From a virus (lineage: Duplodnaviria > Caudoviricetes): a DNA stretch of 32,387 bases. Under the pieces are notes generated by a model. It was not told the DNA's origin. It saw nothing but the letters and a program-made list of their open reading frames with translations, and did not search any database. The DNA lies in the IMG/VR virus record IMGVR_UViG_3300037692_000466, positions 1 to 32,387 of that record; one strand, written 5' to 3'. The position numbers were made by a program, and so were the translations under genes. Positions 9,533 to 17,253 of this stretch are shown piece after piece (within the stretch, counting starts at the first letter, position 1; each line of letters opens with the position of its first letter).

Positions 9533-9954
9533 CAGAATTTATCCAGTTCCGTATCAGGGAAGATCCTGGTGGAGGCCGTCACCAGCACCTTGCCGCTGTT
9601 GGTCTCCTCCGGCTGCACGGCAATGCCGAGGCTGAGCTTGCCGTCGGCAATCCTGGCCAACAGCTTGATGGCATTGTCATAACGCTTGACCCGGACATCC
9701 GGCAGAGTCTCCACCTTGCGGCTGTAGAGATTGGGAATGGCCACATCGATGCAGGCCCTCTTGATCAGGGCCGGCACCGGATCGAGCGGCACGTCGTAGC
9801 GTTCCTGCAGCCAGCCGTCCACCTCGCCCTGGGCGTCGCCGATCGCCGCATCGATGCGGGCCTGGTTGATGACGCCCAGGCCCTCATCATCGGTCAGTTC
9901 CAGCAGGCGGGCCTCATCAATGGCCAGTTTCAAATCTTCAAGGGTGCAGTACAT
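9532..9954 (-). CDS. Head-tail connector, Mu gp36 (DUF1320) family
   Basis: MYCTLEDL...L.ELTD...AI.DA..EVDGWL..RY.VPL...RYDNAIKLL..IADGKLSLG. Confidence 0.9.
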   Translation of the reverse strand: MYCTLEDLKLAIDEARLLELTDDEGLGVINQARIDAAIGDAQGEVDGWLQERYDVPLDPVPALIKRACIDVAIPNLYSRKVETLPDVRVKRYDNAIKLLARIADGKLSLGIAVQPEETNSGKVLVTASTRIFPDTELDKF

Positions 9955-9990
9955 TGTGTTTTGCTCCAGTCACAGCCATTATTCAAGCAC

Positions 9991-10014
9991 GGGCGGTTCA
10001 CGAACCGCCCCTAC
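9991..10014 (-). repeat. GTAG-type REP palindrome
   Basis: Minus strand GTAGGGGCGGTTCGTGAACCGCCC, just downstream of the capsid stop. Confidence 0.8.
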
Positions 10015-10031
10015 AACCAGCAACCTGCGAA

Positions 10032-11006
10032 TTACGAGGAAACAGTCGCCCCGCAAATGCCTTTCGGATTGGCCACCGGCAGAGGTTTGCTCTCGCCGAC
10101 GATCTTCCAGCCGCTCGGGTCATCCGATTTGATCGGCTTGGTGAAGAACGGCAGCGGCTGCAGATTGGCGTCCAGGTCATCCAGGGCGCAGTAAATCAGC
10201 TTATGACCGGCATCCATGGCGATCATCTTAATCTCCTTGTCGGCGATGGTCGGCGTCAAAACGCCTGTCTGGGGATTGCGATACCGCTCGCTGCGCCGCT
10301 TGACGAGATAACCGCCGATATTGATACCCTGGTCACTGATCTCCACCCTGATCTTGGCGGTTGAGGTGACGGCCTCGGCAATCTTGAAAAGCAGATTGTA
10401 GGCGGTCTTGCCGGCCCACACCACTACCGTGCTGCCATAGCCCTCATCCTGCAGCGCCTCTTCCATGGCGGTGAACAGGTCAAAGACATCGGCCACCTTG
10501 GGACTAGCTGACCACAGCACCGTTGGGGTAACGGACAGCGGCGTGCCATAGGCGATGGTGTAATTCTCGAACCCGCCGGTCTGCAGCTGGCACGGCCAGG
10601 TGATGGTGCCGGACAGTGATACCGCGGCAATGCCCTCGGTGGTCATCCGGCAGGCCCGGCGCAGGAAGTCATTTTTCTCCCTGGCCCACATATCCTTGCC
10701 GGCAGGATCGAGCACCTGCAGATTATTGAGGTCAGCAGCCGTGGCGAAAACATGGGCGTTGACCGGCAGCGGCTCGATAAATTGATAATTCCTGGTCTGG
10801 CTGGTGGCCGGGATGGAGGTGCTGTCGCGGCGGACCACCGGCAGTGCCCGCACAACGGACAAAATGTCCTCAATGCCGACGATCGGCGATGTTTTCTGCT
10901 GCCGGTCGGTGAAAATGGTATCCATGACCGGGGTTTTCAGAATGGGGAGCTGCTTGAGCTGCCGGACGATTGCTTCCCGGGTGAATAAAGTTCTCAGGTT
11001 GAACAT
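10032..11006 (-). CDS. Major capsid protein (lambda gpE / Phage_cap_E type)
   Basis: 324 aa; C-terminal DDPSG..IVGESKPLPV..P signature; RBS AGGAG; follows the decoration gene. Confidence 0.88.
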   Translation of the reverse strand: MFNLRTLFTREAIVRQLKQLPILKTPVMDTIFTDRQQKTSPIVGIEDILSVVRALPVVRRDSTSIPATSQTRNYQFIEPLPVNAHVFATAADLNNLQVLDPAGKDMWAREKNDFLRRACRMTTEGIAAVSLSGTITWPCQLQTGGFENYTIAYGTPLSVTPTVLWSASPKVADVFDLFTAMEEALQDEGYGSTVVVWAGKTAYNLLFKIAEAVTSTAKIRVEISDQGINIGGYLVKRRSERYRNPQTGVLTPTIADKEIKMIAMDAGHKLIYCALDDLDANLQPLPFFTKPIKSDDPSGWKIVGESKPLPVANPKGICGATVSS

Positions 11007-11023
11007 GATTTTTCTCCTGTGCT

Positions 11024-11202
11024 TTGAGTTATTGGGTTACTTGGGTTGCTTGGGTTGCTTGGGTTGCTTGGGTTACCTGGTTGCTTGGGTTATTGAGTTG
11101 CTTGGGTGCTTGGGTTGCTTGAGTTACTTGAGTCAAACTCAACAAACCCAACAAACCCAACGAACCTAACGAGCCTAACGAGCCCAACAAACCCAACAAA
11201 CC
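11024..11202. repeat. Bipartite 9-bp tandem array (TTGGGTTGC)n followed by (AAACCCAAC)n
   Basis: About 13 + 8 degenerate units filling the decoration-capsid intergenic space. Confidence 0.92.
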
Positions 11203-11204
11203 AC

Positions 11205-11786
11205 TTACACCGGCCAGACGCCTATGCCTTCAAGTCTGGCGGTGTCGGCAGCGGCCAAAGCCGTGCCGGCGGTTGTTTTAGTCAACCGGTCCGCCCTTAC
11301 CGTGCCGTGCACCACCACCGTGCCGGAAGCCTCTTCAGCCGTATCGACCCTGGAGCTGAGCGCTCCGGCCAGCTGGTTGTAGCTGGTGGCGGTGATATCC
11401 TGCAGATTGCCAGGGGCCGCGTTAAAGGTTACGGCATATGCTCCTGTGGTATAGTTGATGGTGCCGGTGCCGCCGGCATCGCCAACCAATCTGCCAAGGC
11501 CGTCATCGGCAAATGCCTCGGTATCGTCAGTGATGGACAGCGACCCCGGGTGAATCGGCGCCGCGGCGATCGTGCCGGTAAAGGCCACGGCATTGCCGTC
11601 GCCGGCATCTATTACTTCATCCGTGCTCTCATACGGCACCAGGCCGGTAGCCGAAAGCCCGAGCAGAATACCGGCGGCCAGAACCCCCTGGGCAGCATTG
11701 ATCGCCATGGAGCGGACAACCGCCGGATGGCCGCCGGCAATGATGGTGTCCTCTGAAAAACTGAAAGTTCCTACTACCTGATTCAT
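11205..11786 (-). CDS. Head decoration protein (gpD-like) with an inserted beta-rich domain
   Basis: GVLAAGILLG...LVPY...LAGAL...VVVHGTV...L flanking an approximately 80-aa insert; lies between scaffold and capsid genes; RBS AAGGAG. Confidence 0.72.
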   Translation of the reverse strand: MNQVVGTFSFSEDTIIAGGHPAVVRSMAINAAQGVLAAGILLGLSATGLVPYESTDEVIDAGDGNAVAFTGTIAAAPIHPGSLSITDDTEAFADDGLGRLVGDAGGTGTINYTTGAYAVTFNAAPGNLQDITATSYNQLAGALSSRVDTAEEASGTVVVHGTVRADRLTKTTAGTALAAADTARLEGIGVWPV

Positions 11787-11804
11787 GGTTGACTCCTTAT
11801 TGTT

Positions 11805-11844
11805 AGCGTTCCAACGTTTGAACGATTAAACGTTTGAAGGCTGA
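11805..11844. repeat. 8-bp tandem repeat (AACGWTTR family)
   Basis: aacgtttg aacgatta aacgtttg; reverse-orientation relatives at 24189-24228 and 27352-27375. Confidence 0.65.
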
Positions 11845-12273
11845 TTATACATACTTGGTAAGATCTTCCGATTCCGCGAACTCGCCGCTCTTATCCTTGT
11901 CATCCTTGGGACTGGTCATCTCCTTGAACAGCGGGTGCTCGGAAAATGAGCTGATGAACGTCTTGAACCAGGCCGCCGGGCTTTCCTTCTTGCCCTCGGC
12001 AAATTCAAAGGTCTGCACCTCGCCTCCTTCCAGGGCCTGCATGAACTCGACAATGCCCTGGTCCTTCCAGATCGGCAGCATCTTGGCGTCCTTGATGCCC
12101 TGGTCGACAAAGGCGACCAGCTCCGCCCGTTTGCTTTTCTTCTCCGATTCGGCGAAATCATTGACCGCCTTGGCAGCCTGTTCTTCCGCAGTTTTAGCCC
12201 GAGCCTCGGCCTGGGTTCTGGCCTCGGTTTCCTTGGCCAGCTGCGCCTGCAATTCCTCTACTGTTTTCGGCAT
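11845..12273 (-). CDS. Nested in-frame scaffolding protein (Mu gpZ-like)
   Basis: Internal AAGGAGG-GCGAT-ATG gives MPKTVEELQAQL..., a coiled-coil segment; Mu Z is similarly nested in gene I. Confidence 0.72.
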   Translation of the reverse strand: MPKTVEELQAQLAKETEARTQAEARAKTAEEQAAKAVNDFAESEKKSKRAELVAFVDQGIKDAKMLPIWKDQGIVEFMQALEGGEVQTFEFAEGKKESPAAWFKTFISSFSEHPLFKEMTSPKDDKDKSGEFAESEDLTKYV

Positions 12274-12747
12274 ATCGCCCTCCTTTTTTGATTGCTGGTT
12301 GCGGATTGCTGATTTCGAATCAGCCGCTGCCTCCGCAAACTCGTATACGCTGCACTCTTCTTCCGAGCCGATTGCAAAATCCCTCAGACCCTTGATCGCC
12401 GGTGGCTGCGCCCCCAGGAACCCGACATGGCGCAGCGAGCCGTCCGGGTACAGTGATATCGATCTCTTTTTAAACAGCCGGCGGTCCACCATGTCGGCGA
12501 ACTCCGGCTGAACATCCTTGAACTTGGCCAGGGCCACCTCGCCGACTCGCTTGAGCCCATCCACCCAGCCCCAGGCCGGGGCGTTGTCCTTGGGATGGCC
12601 GATCACCGCCGGCGCCTCGTGTTGCTCCGGCTGGTAACTGCCGACCATTCTGTCCAGATCGGCCACGGAGAACTCTCTGGTTCTTCCCTGGCTGTCGGTA
12701 TGTTTGCCGGCCCTGAAAATTTCCACCCATCCATCCAGCTTCCCCAT
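11845..12747 (-). CDS. Prohead protease/scaffold (Mu gpI-like)
   Basis: EIFRAG.HTD, AP.VIGHP.DNAPAWGWV, KKRSISLY and LRHVGFLGAQPPAIKGL, then a coiled-coil C-terminus; RBS AAGGAG. Confidence 0.92.
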   Translation of the reverse strand: MGKLDGWVEIFRAGKHTDSQGRTREFSVADLDRMVGSYQPEQHEAPAVIGHPKDNAPAWGWVDGLKRVGEVALAKFKDVQPEFADMVDRRLFKKRSISLYPDGSLRHVGFLGAQPPAIKGLRDFAIGSEEECSVYEFAEAAADSKSAIRNQQSKKEGDMPKTVEELQAQLAKETEARTQAEARAKTAEEQAAKAVNDFAESEKKSKRAELVAFVDQGIKDAKMLPIWKDQGIVEFMQALEGGEVQTFEFAEGKKESPAAWFKTFISSFSEHPLFKEMTSPKDDKDKSGEFAESEDLTKYV

Positions 12748-12875
12748 GTGGTCTCCTTCTTTCTCAAACCATTTTCAAACTATCTTCAAATTTGCACAGG
12801 ATCGACGCAAACACCCCGCGGCGGGGGTTGATGCGTCCGGCCCGGAAATCGCCTTAAAATCAATTTAAACGCTTC

Positions 12876-12904
12876 TTGACTCTCCACCGGTTGCGCTGTA
12901 TATT
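12876..12904 (+). promoter_or_regulatory. sigma70-type promoter convergent with the MuF gene
   Basis: TTGACT (12876-12881), 17-bp spacer, TATATT (12899-12904). Confidence 0.7.
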
Positions 12905-12910
12905 TTTATT

Positions 12911-12981
12911 GCAGGCTCCGGTTGGGCCACATCCCCTGTAACCGGTTCCGGGCGCCCTGGCAGTGTGGTGTCAGAGGTCCC
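12911..12981 (+). ncRNA. Putative structured small RNA (pseudoknot) facing the MuF-nuclease 3' end
   Basis: CCGGTT 12918-23 pairs with AACCGG 12940-45; loop GCCACAT 12926-32 pairs with GTGTGGT 12963-69; hairpin 12948-12960; starts about 7 nt after the -10 box. Confidence 0.45.
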
Positions 12982-14217
12982 TTAACTCTCCCGCCGATAA
13001 ACCAACTCCCCCTGTCGCTGCTTATTCAGATACTTCAAGTTGGATATGGGGAAGAAGGTCCACCCCTCCATCATGCCGTTGGCGCTTTGCACCACCAGCA
13101 ACAGACCCTTGGCCTTTTCCAACTGCACCGCCTTAATCAGCCTCTGCCGCAGCACCACCTGGCCGCTGGCGCTGTGCTGCTCAAAGGACATCCATACTTC
13201 AAAAGGATCGGACAAAAGCTCCGGCAGCAATGGTACAAAGGCGGAGCGGTCAAGATCCATGTGCGCCGCCAGGGTTTTGGCGTTCACCAGCACTGGGTAG
13301 GCAAACTCTCCGGACTGAAAACGATAAACCTTTTCCGCCCCGCCGATGGTCGCGGCAATGCCGGCGGACAGCTCATCCCTGGTCGCCGCTTTTTTACCAA
13401 GGCCGGCCCGCGGCAAATCAGCCGGAATCATCTCCGGCCGCCCGTAGGACTGCCAGTCACCGGCGGTCATCCGCTGCCACTTGTCACTGCTTGCCCGCCA
13501 GGCGCCCATGGCATCATCGGATAATTTCCTGCCCCAGGCCGCCTTGCCGGGATGATAGTCCCAGCCCTGATCAACGCCCTTCGGAACTTGCTTAACCTCG
13601 CCGGTTTTGGGGTCCACCCACTCATGGGCGCCGTCGTCAGGGGTCTGGTCCGGCCCGATCTTGCCGGCCCGCTGCAGATCGGCCATGGTCCTCGGCCACA
13701 CCCGGCAGCGGCAGCCCCAGCCGTTGGGCGGATAATGGCTGTCCCACCATTGATCGTCTGCCCGGAAAATAAGACCGTCCCACTGCCGGTGCTGTTCACG
13801 CACCCGGCCGTCCCGTTTAGAACGATACTCCCAGTAAGGGGCGGCAGACTCCAGCCCGCGCAGCTCCTGGTAACGCCCGGCCTGGTAGGCCACCTGGATA
13901 TTGGTGTTGTAAATCACCCTCGTTCGCCAGTTGCGCTCACCCTTAAACGACCAGCCATGTTTGGCCACGGTCAAATCAAAGTCCTTGCGGAACTGCTCAA
14001 GCGTCGTGCCGCCGGCAATCGCCTTGTTTATGGCGGTATGGAAATCAGCCAGCAGCTCGCTCTTGGCCGCTCCGGCCACTACAAAGGCCCTGGCATGCAT
14101 TGCTCCGGTCAGATCATACCAGTGCTCAGTGGGCAGGTTTACCTTGGCGGCCAGATAGTCCACCGCCGCGGCAAACGGCTTGCCCTTGAACTCCAGGTTA
14201 ATCAGCTCACTGGCCAT
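12982..14217 (-). CDS. Mu gpF-like minor head protein with a C-terminal PBECR2-like nuclease domain
   Basis: MuF motifs AFVVAG, IYNTN...AY.AGRY, YWEY....D.RVR..H..WDG and WW..HYPPNGWGCRC. C-terminal LLPELLSDPFEVW...RQRLIK...GWTFFP...YLNKQRQGELVYRR. Start set at MASELINL (14217). Confidence 0.85.
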   Translation of the reverse strand: MASELINLEFKGKPFAAAVDYLAAKVNLPTEHWYDLTGAMHARAFVVAGAAKSELLADFHTAINKAIAGGTTLEQFRKDFDLTVAKHGWSFKGERNWRTRVIYNTNIQVAYQAGRYQELRGLESAAPYWEYRSKRDGRVREQHRQWDGLIFRADDQWWDSHYPPNGWGCRCRVWPRTMADLQRAGKIGPDQTPDDGAHEWVDPKTGEVKQVPKGVDQGWDYHPGKAAWGRKLSDDAMGAWRASSDKWQRMTAGDWQSYGRPEMIPADLPRAGLGKKAATRDELSAGIAATIGGAEKVYRFQSGEFAYPVLVNAKTLAAHMDLDRSAFVPLLPELLSDPFEVWMSFEQHSASGQVVLRQRLIKAVQLEKAKGLLLVVQSANGMMEGWTFFPISNLKYLNKQRQGELVYRRES

Positions 14218-15763
14218 GCATATCCTCTCTGATATCCAACCGGCCGGCCAGATCGGCGCCGGTAAGGCCAAGGCTCAGCGCCTGGGCCAGCTGATCATCA
14301 CTGATCTGCGGATAAAGGCCGATCAGCCCGTCCCGGATGGCCTCCAGGCTGCCGGCGCTCATTACCAACTCCCGCACTTTGGCCACCATGGCATCGATCT
14401 CCGGATCCGCCTCTGCCGCCAATTTGTCTTCCAGCAGGTCATCAAGTGATTGCGGATCTTGGATGGCGGATAGCGGATTGTCCTCGGCGAATTCACCGCT
14501 CTTGCCTTTTGCCGTTGCCGTTAAATCCGCATTCCGCAATCCGCCATCCGAAATCTCAAATTCGTCTTCCTTCAGCCCATACCGCCGCACATAATACGGC
14601 TTTTTGAACTTCACCCCGCTGTCGGCCAGCGTTTTGTCCCGGTCGGCAAAATCCTTTCGCGGCTCTTCCTCCTCGAACCAGGAGAAGGTCGGCGCCGGCA
14701 CCCCTGGGGCTCTGATCGCCCCATAGGTCTTGCCGATTTCGTCCATGGTGGTCTTAGCCAGCTGCTGATCTGCCTCGCGGTATACCTCAAGCACGTTCTC
14801 GTGGGTTTTGGCCGCGGCATAGGAGCCCGTGTCGCCCACCTCGGCAGTCAGCGTCTGGCCCATAATTACCTTACTGATCTCGGCGTCCATGGCGCCGTTG
14901 AAGCGCAGATACAAATCGCTGGAGCCCGCCTTATCGCCGGCCCCCAGCAACTCCACCGTCGAGCCCTCCGGTACCGCCGCCACCGCGTCCTGCACCATGG
15001 AGGAGAGCTTGGCAAGCAGCTCCGCCTGTTCGGCCGGGCTCGCTCCCTGGCGGTAGCGGCCGAGCAAAAACGGCGTGGCGTATTTTTCGACAAACTTGAT
15101 CCAGAACTTCCACCCGCCTTTTTTAAACATCACCGGCCAGAAGCAGCGAGACAGCAGCCGCAGGCCGAACGGATTGTCATAGGTGGGGAAGTGGCGGGCA
15201 AAAACGAACTTGCCGGCCGGCAGTTCCTCGCCTTCCCACGGATTATTCTTGCTGATAAAACGCGGCTCGTTCTCCTCGGTAAAGCCGAACCAGCGGTGCG
15301 GCAGGCCGCGCAGCTTGCTGATACGTATACCTCCATCGCCGCTTTCCCAACCTATCTCAATGGGGGTCAGGCCGAAACAGGGGGCATCAAGGATTTCGGA
15401 CAACAGATTGTAGACATCGACCTGCCCCAGATCCTCCACCAGGTCGGCGCACAGTTTTTTTGCCGCCTGGTCCGGCTCCTTGTCACCCAAGGCGCCTGGC
15501 TGCCAGCGGAATTCTTTTTTCAACGTGCCGAGCTTGCGGGTCTGGATGACGGATATCACATGCCCGTCAGCGGTCAGACCGTCCAGGATCTCGGCCCCGT
15601 CGCCGCGTTTGAGCAGCACCGGATCCGGATCAGGCAGCAAGCCGATCAGTCCGTAGAAATCCCAGGCCGCGCCGCGGGAGGCGATCTCCCGGGAGAGATC
15701 AGCCGTTGCCGGCGTCTCGGCGAAATCGATGTATTTATTTGGGCTGACGTAGATGCCTGGCAT
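14207..15763 (-). CDS. Portal protein (Mu gp29, DUF935 family)
   Basis: LPDPDPVL, NPFG..LLSRCFWP..FKKGGWKFW.KFVEKY and EISKVIMGQTLT...GSYAAAKTH. Start set at the ATG at 15763 after RBS GAGG. Confidence 0.93.
   Translation of the reverse strand: MPGIYVSPNKYIDFAETPATADLSREIASRGAAWDFYGLIGLLPDPDPVLLKRGDGAEILDGLTADGHVISVIQTRKLGTLKKEFRWQPGALGDKEPDQAAKKLCADLVEDLGQVDVYNLLSEILDAPCFGLTPIEIGWESGDGGIRISKLRGLPHRWFGFTEENEPRFISKNNPWEGEELPAGKFVFARHFPTYDNPFGLRLLSRCFWPVMFKKGGWKFWIKFVEKYATPFLLGRYRQGASPAEQAELLAKLSSMVQDAVAAVPEGSTVELLGAGDKAGSSDLYLRFNGAMDAEISKVIMGQTLTAEVGDTGSYAAAKTHENVLEVYREADQQLAKTTMDEIGKTYGAIRAPGVPAPTFSWFEEEEPRKDFADRDKTLADSGVKFKKPYYVRRYGLKEDEFEISDGGLRNADLTATAKGKSGEFAEDNPLSAIQDPQSLDDLLEDKLAAEADPEIDAMVAKVRELVMSAGSLEAIRDGLIGLYPQISDDQLAQALSLGLTGADLAGRLDIREDMHGQ
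14448..14563. repeat. Two inverted 7-bp arrays inside the portal CDS
   Basis: gattgcg gatcttg gatggcg gatagcg gattg ... aatccgc attccgc aatccgc catccga aatctca. Confidence 0.7.
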
Positions 15764-15765
15764 AA

Positions 15766-17253
15766 TCAAAATCCTCTCAGTAAAACGACGCTCTCCCGCG
15801 GCACCGCGGAATGGATGGCGGTGTCGGCAACATCCTGGTTGCCGGCAAACCACATCAGCGCCAGCGATATTGCCGAGTCACCATGGCGCCGCTCGCCTTT
15901 TTTCCCCTGGCCGGTTGTTTTCGGAATCTTCGGCACACCACCGATCACCTGGATGGCCCGCAGGTCATCCTTGACATCGGCATCACGCGGCACCTCGATT
16001 GTCCCGTCTTCAAAAGCGGCCTTGAATGGCGGCAGTTCCGCCCCGTACCATTTGTCAGACAGCATCACCTGAAAAATGCGGTAATGTCCGTATTGGTCGG
16101 CTGTTTCCTCGGCCAGTTGCTGACCGTTGCCCCGTGAATCAAAAGCTGCCGCACGGAAACGGGGCAGCCGGTCCAGGATGTACCAGATTATCTGCCGTTG
16201 CTGGGCAAAGGGCAGATTACGCAGTTCGACCTGAAACCGTACCCGCCTGACCAGATCCTGGCCTATTTCCCCGATGTCAAGGACGGTAAGATCTCCCGAC
16301 CTGGCAAAATCCTCGCCCAGGACATGATCACGTTCCGGATCAAGCTGCTCCAACAGAGGCAGGATGTTTTCCTTGCACCAGATCTCGATTTCCGCCGCGC
16401 GCAGATACTCCGGCAGTTTGCCGAACTCATCCTTTTTGGCCAGGCGCAAAATCGGAATCAGCCGCATTCGTGCCTCGATGAGCACCCCTGAGATATAGGC
16501 CCCGGCCGACTCCTTGGGGATTACGTCCAATTCTTCCTCGGCATCATCCCCATAAAAGTCGTAGACGTCACGGACCCAGGCAACTTCTTCCTCGGCGTTC
16601 CATTCCTTGCCAAGCCTGAGACATACCCGGCGGTAAAGCCCTTGCTCCACCGCCTCGCCAAAATCGGTGCGGAAAACGGCCCCTTTGCGTTTTTTGGCCT
16701 TGATCAGGCCGATCAACTCATTAAACGCATTAGCAACCCCGTCGTGTGTGGAGATCACCCGCACCCGACCGCCCCAGATCAGCAACGCCAGCGCCGCCTT
16801 GAGCAGCTCTCCCAACTTGTCATGGAAGGCCGCCTCATCGATGACCACCACACCCTGCTTGCCGCGCAGGTTAGCCGGCCTGGAGGAGAGGGCCACGATG
16901 CGCTTGCCTGATCCAGGGAAACGGATGGTATAGGTTTTGATGTCCTCCTTCCCGTCATCCCACAACCCTTCTTCGATTTCGCCAGCCACCTTGTCAAATG
17001 CCCTGGCCCACATGGCGCAGGCCTCGACATACTCGATGGCCATGTCCTGGTTGTAGCCGATGTAATAGACGCTCTGACCGCCGTCCGCCGCCGCGATCAG
17101 CACATCGTCCGCCGCCTCGGCCCAGGTCAAGCCGATGCGGCGGGATTTCTCCGCCACCTTGAGCTGATCGTCCATGGCGATCCAGGCCTGCTGGTAGGGC
17201 AGCAGCACTGCCGGCACTGCAGCTGTAGCGGTATTGGGCAGCAAAACATCCAT
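15766..17253 (-). CDS. Terminase large subunit (Mu gp28-like)
   Basis: LLPYQ..W, EKSRRIGLTW, LRG.QG.VVIDEAAFH, ISTH.G, GEDFARSGDL and RHGDSAI. Confidence 0.95.
   Translation of the reverse strand: MDVLLPNTATAAVPAVLLPYQQAWIAMDDQLKVAEKSRRIGLTWAEAADDVLIAAADGGQSVYYIGYNQDMAIEYVEACAMWARAFDKVAGEIEEGLWDDGKEDIKTYTIRFPGSGKRIVALSSRPANLRGKQGVVVIDEAAFHDKLGELLKAALALLIWGGRVRVISTHDGVANAFNELIGLIKAKKRKGAVFRTDFGEAVEQGLYRRVCLRLGKEWNAEEEVAWVRDVYDFYGDDAEEELDVIPKESAGAYISGVLIEARMRLIPILRLAKKDEFGKLPEYLRAAEIEIWCKENILPLLEQLDPERDHVLGEDFARSGDLTVLDIGEIGQDLVRRVRFQVELRNLPFAQQRQIIWYILDRLPRFRAAAFDSRGNGQQLAEETADQYGHYRIFQVMLSDKWYGAELPPFKAAFEDGTIEVPRDADVKDDLRAIQVIGGVPKIPKTTGQGKKGERRHGDSAISLALMWFAGNQDVADTAIHSAVPRESVVLLRGF

Noticed and set aside
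11024-11202. CRISPR array
   Set aside because: Units are 8-9-bp tandem repeats with no unique spacers, and there are no cas genes
12911-12981. HDV-like/theta ribozyme
   Set aside because: The nested topology is superficially similar, but P2 and P3 compete for the same bases and the L3/J4-2 consensus is not met. Kept only as a generic pseudoknot
12922-13524. + strand 200-aa ORF as an immunity protein downstream of the convergent promoter
   Set aside because: TTG start without an RBS, almost entirely antisense to MuF, no protein-like features; cannot be excluded without proteomics
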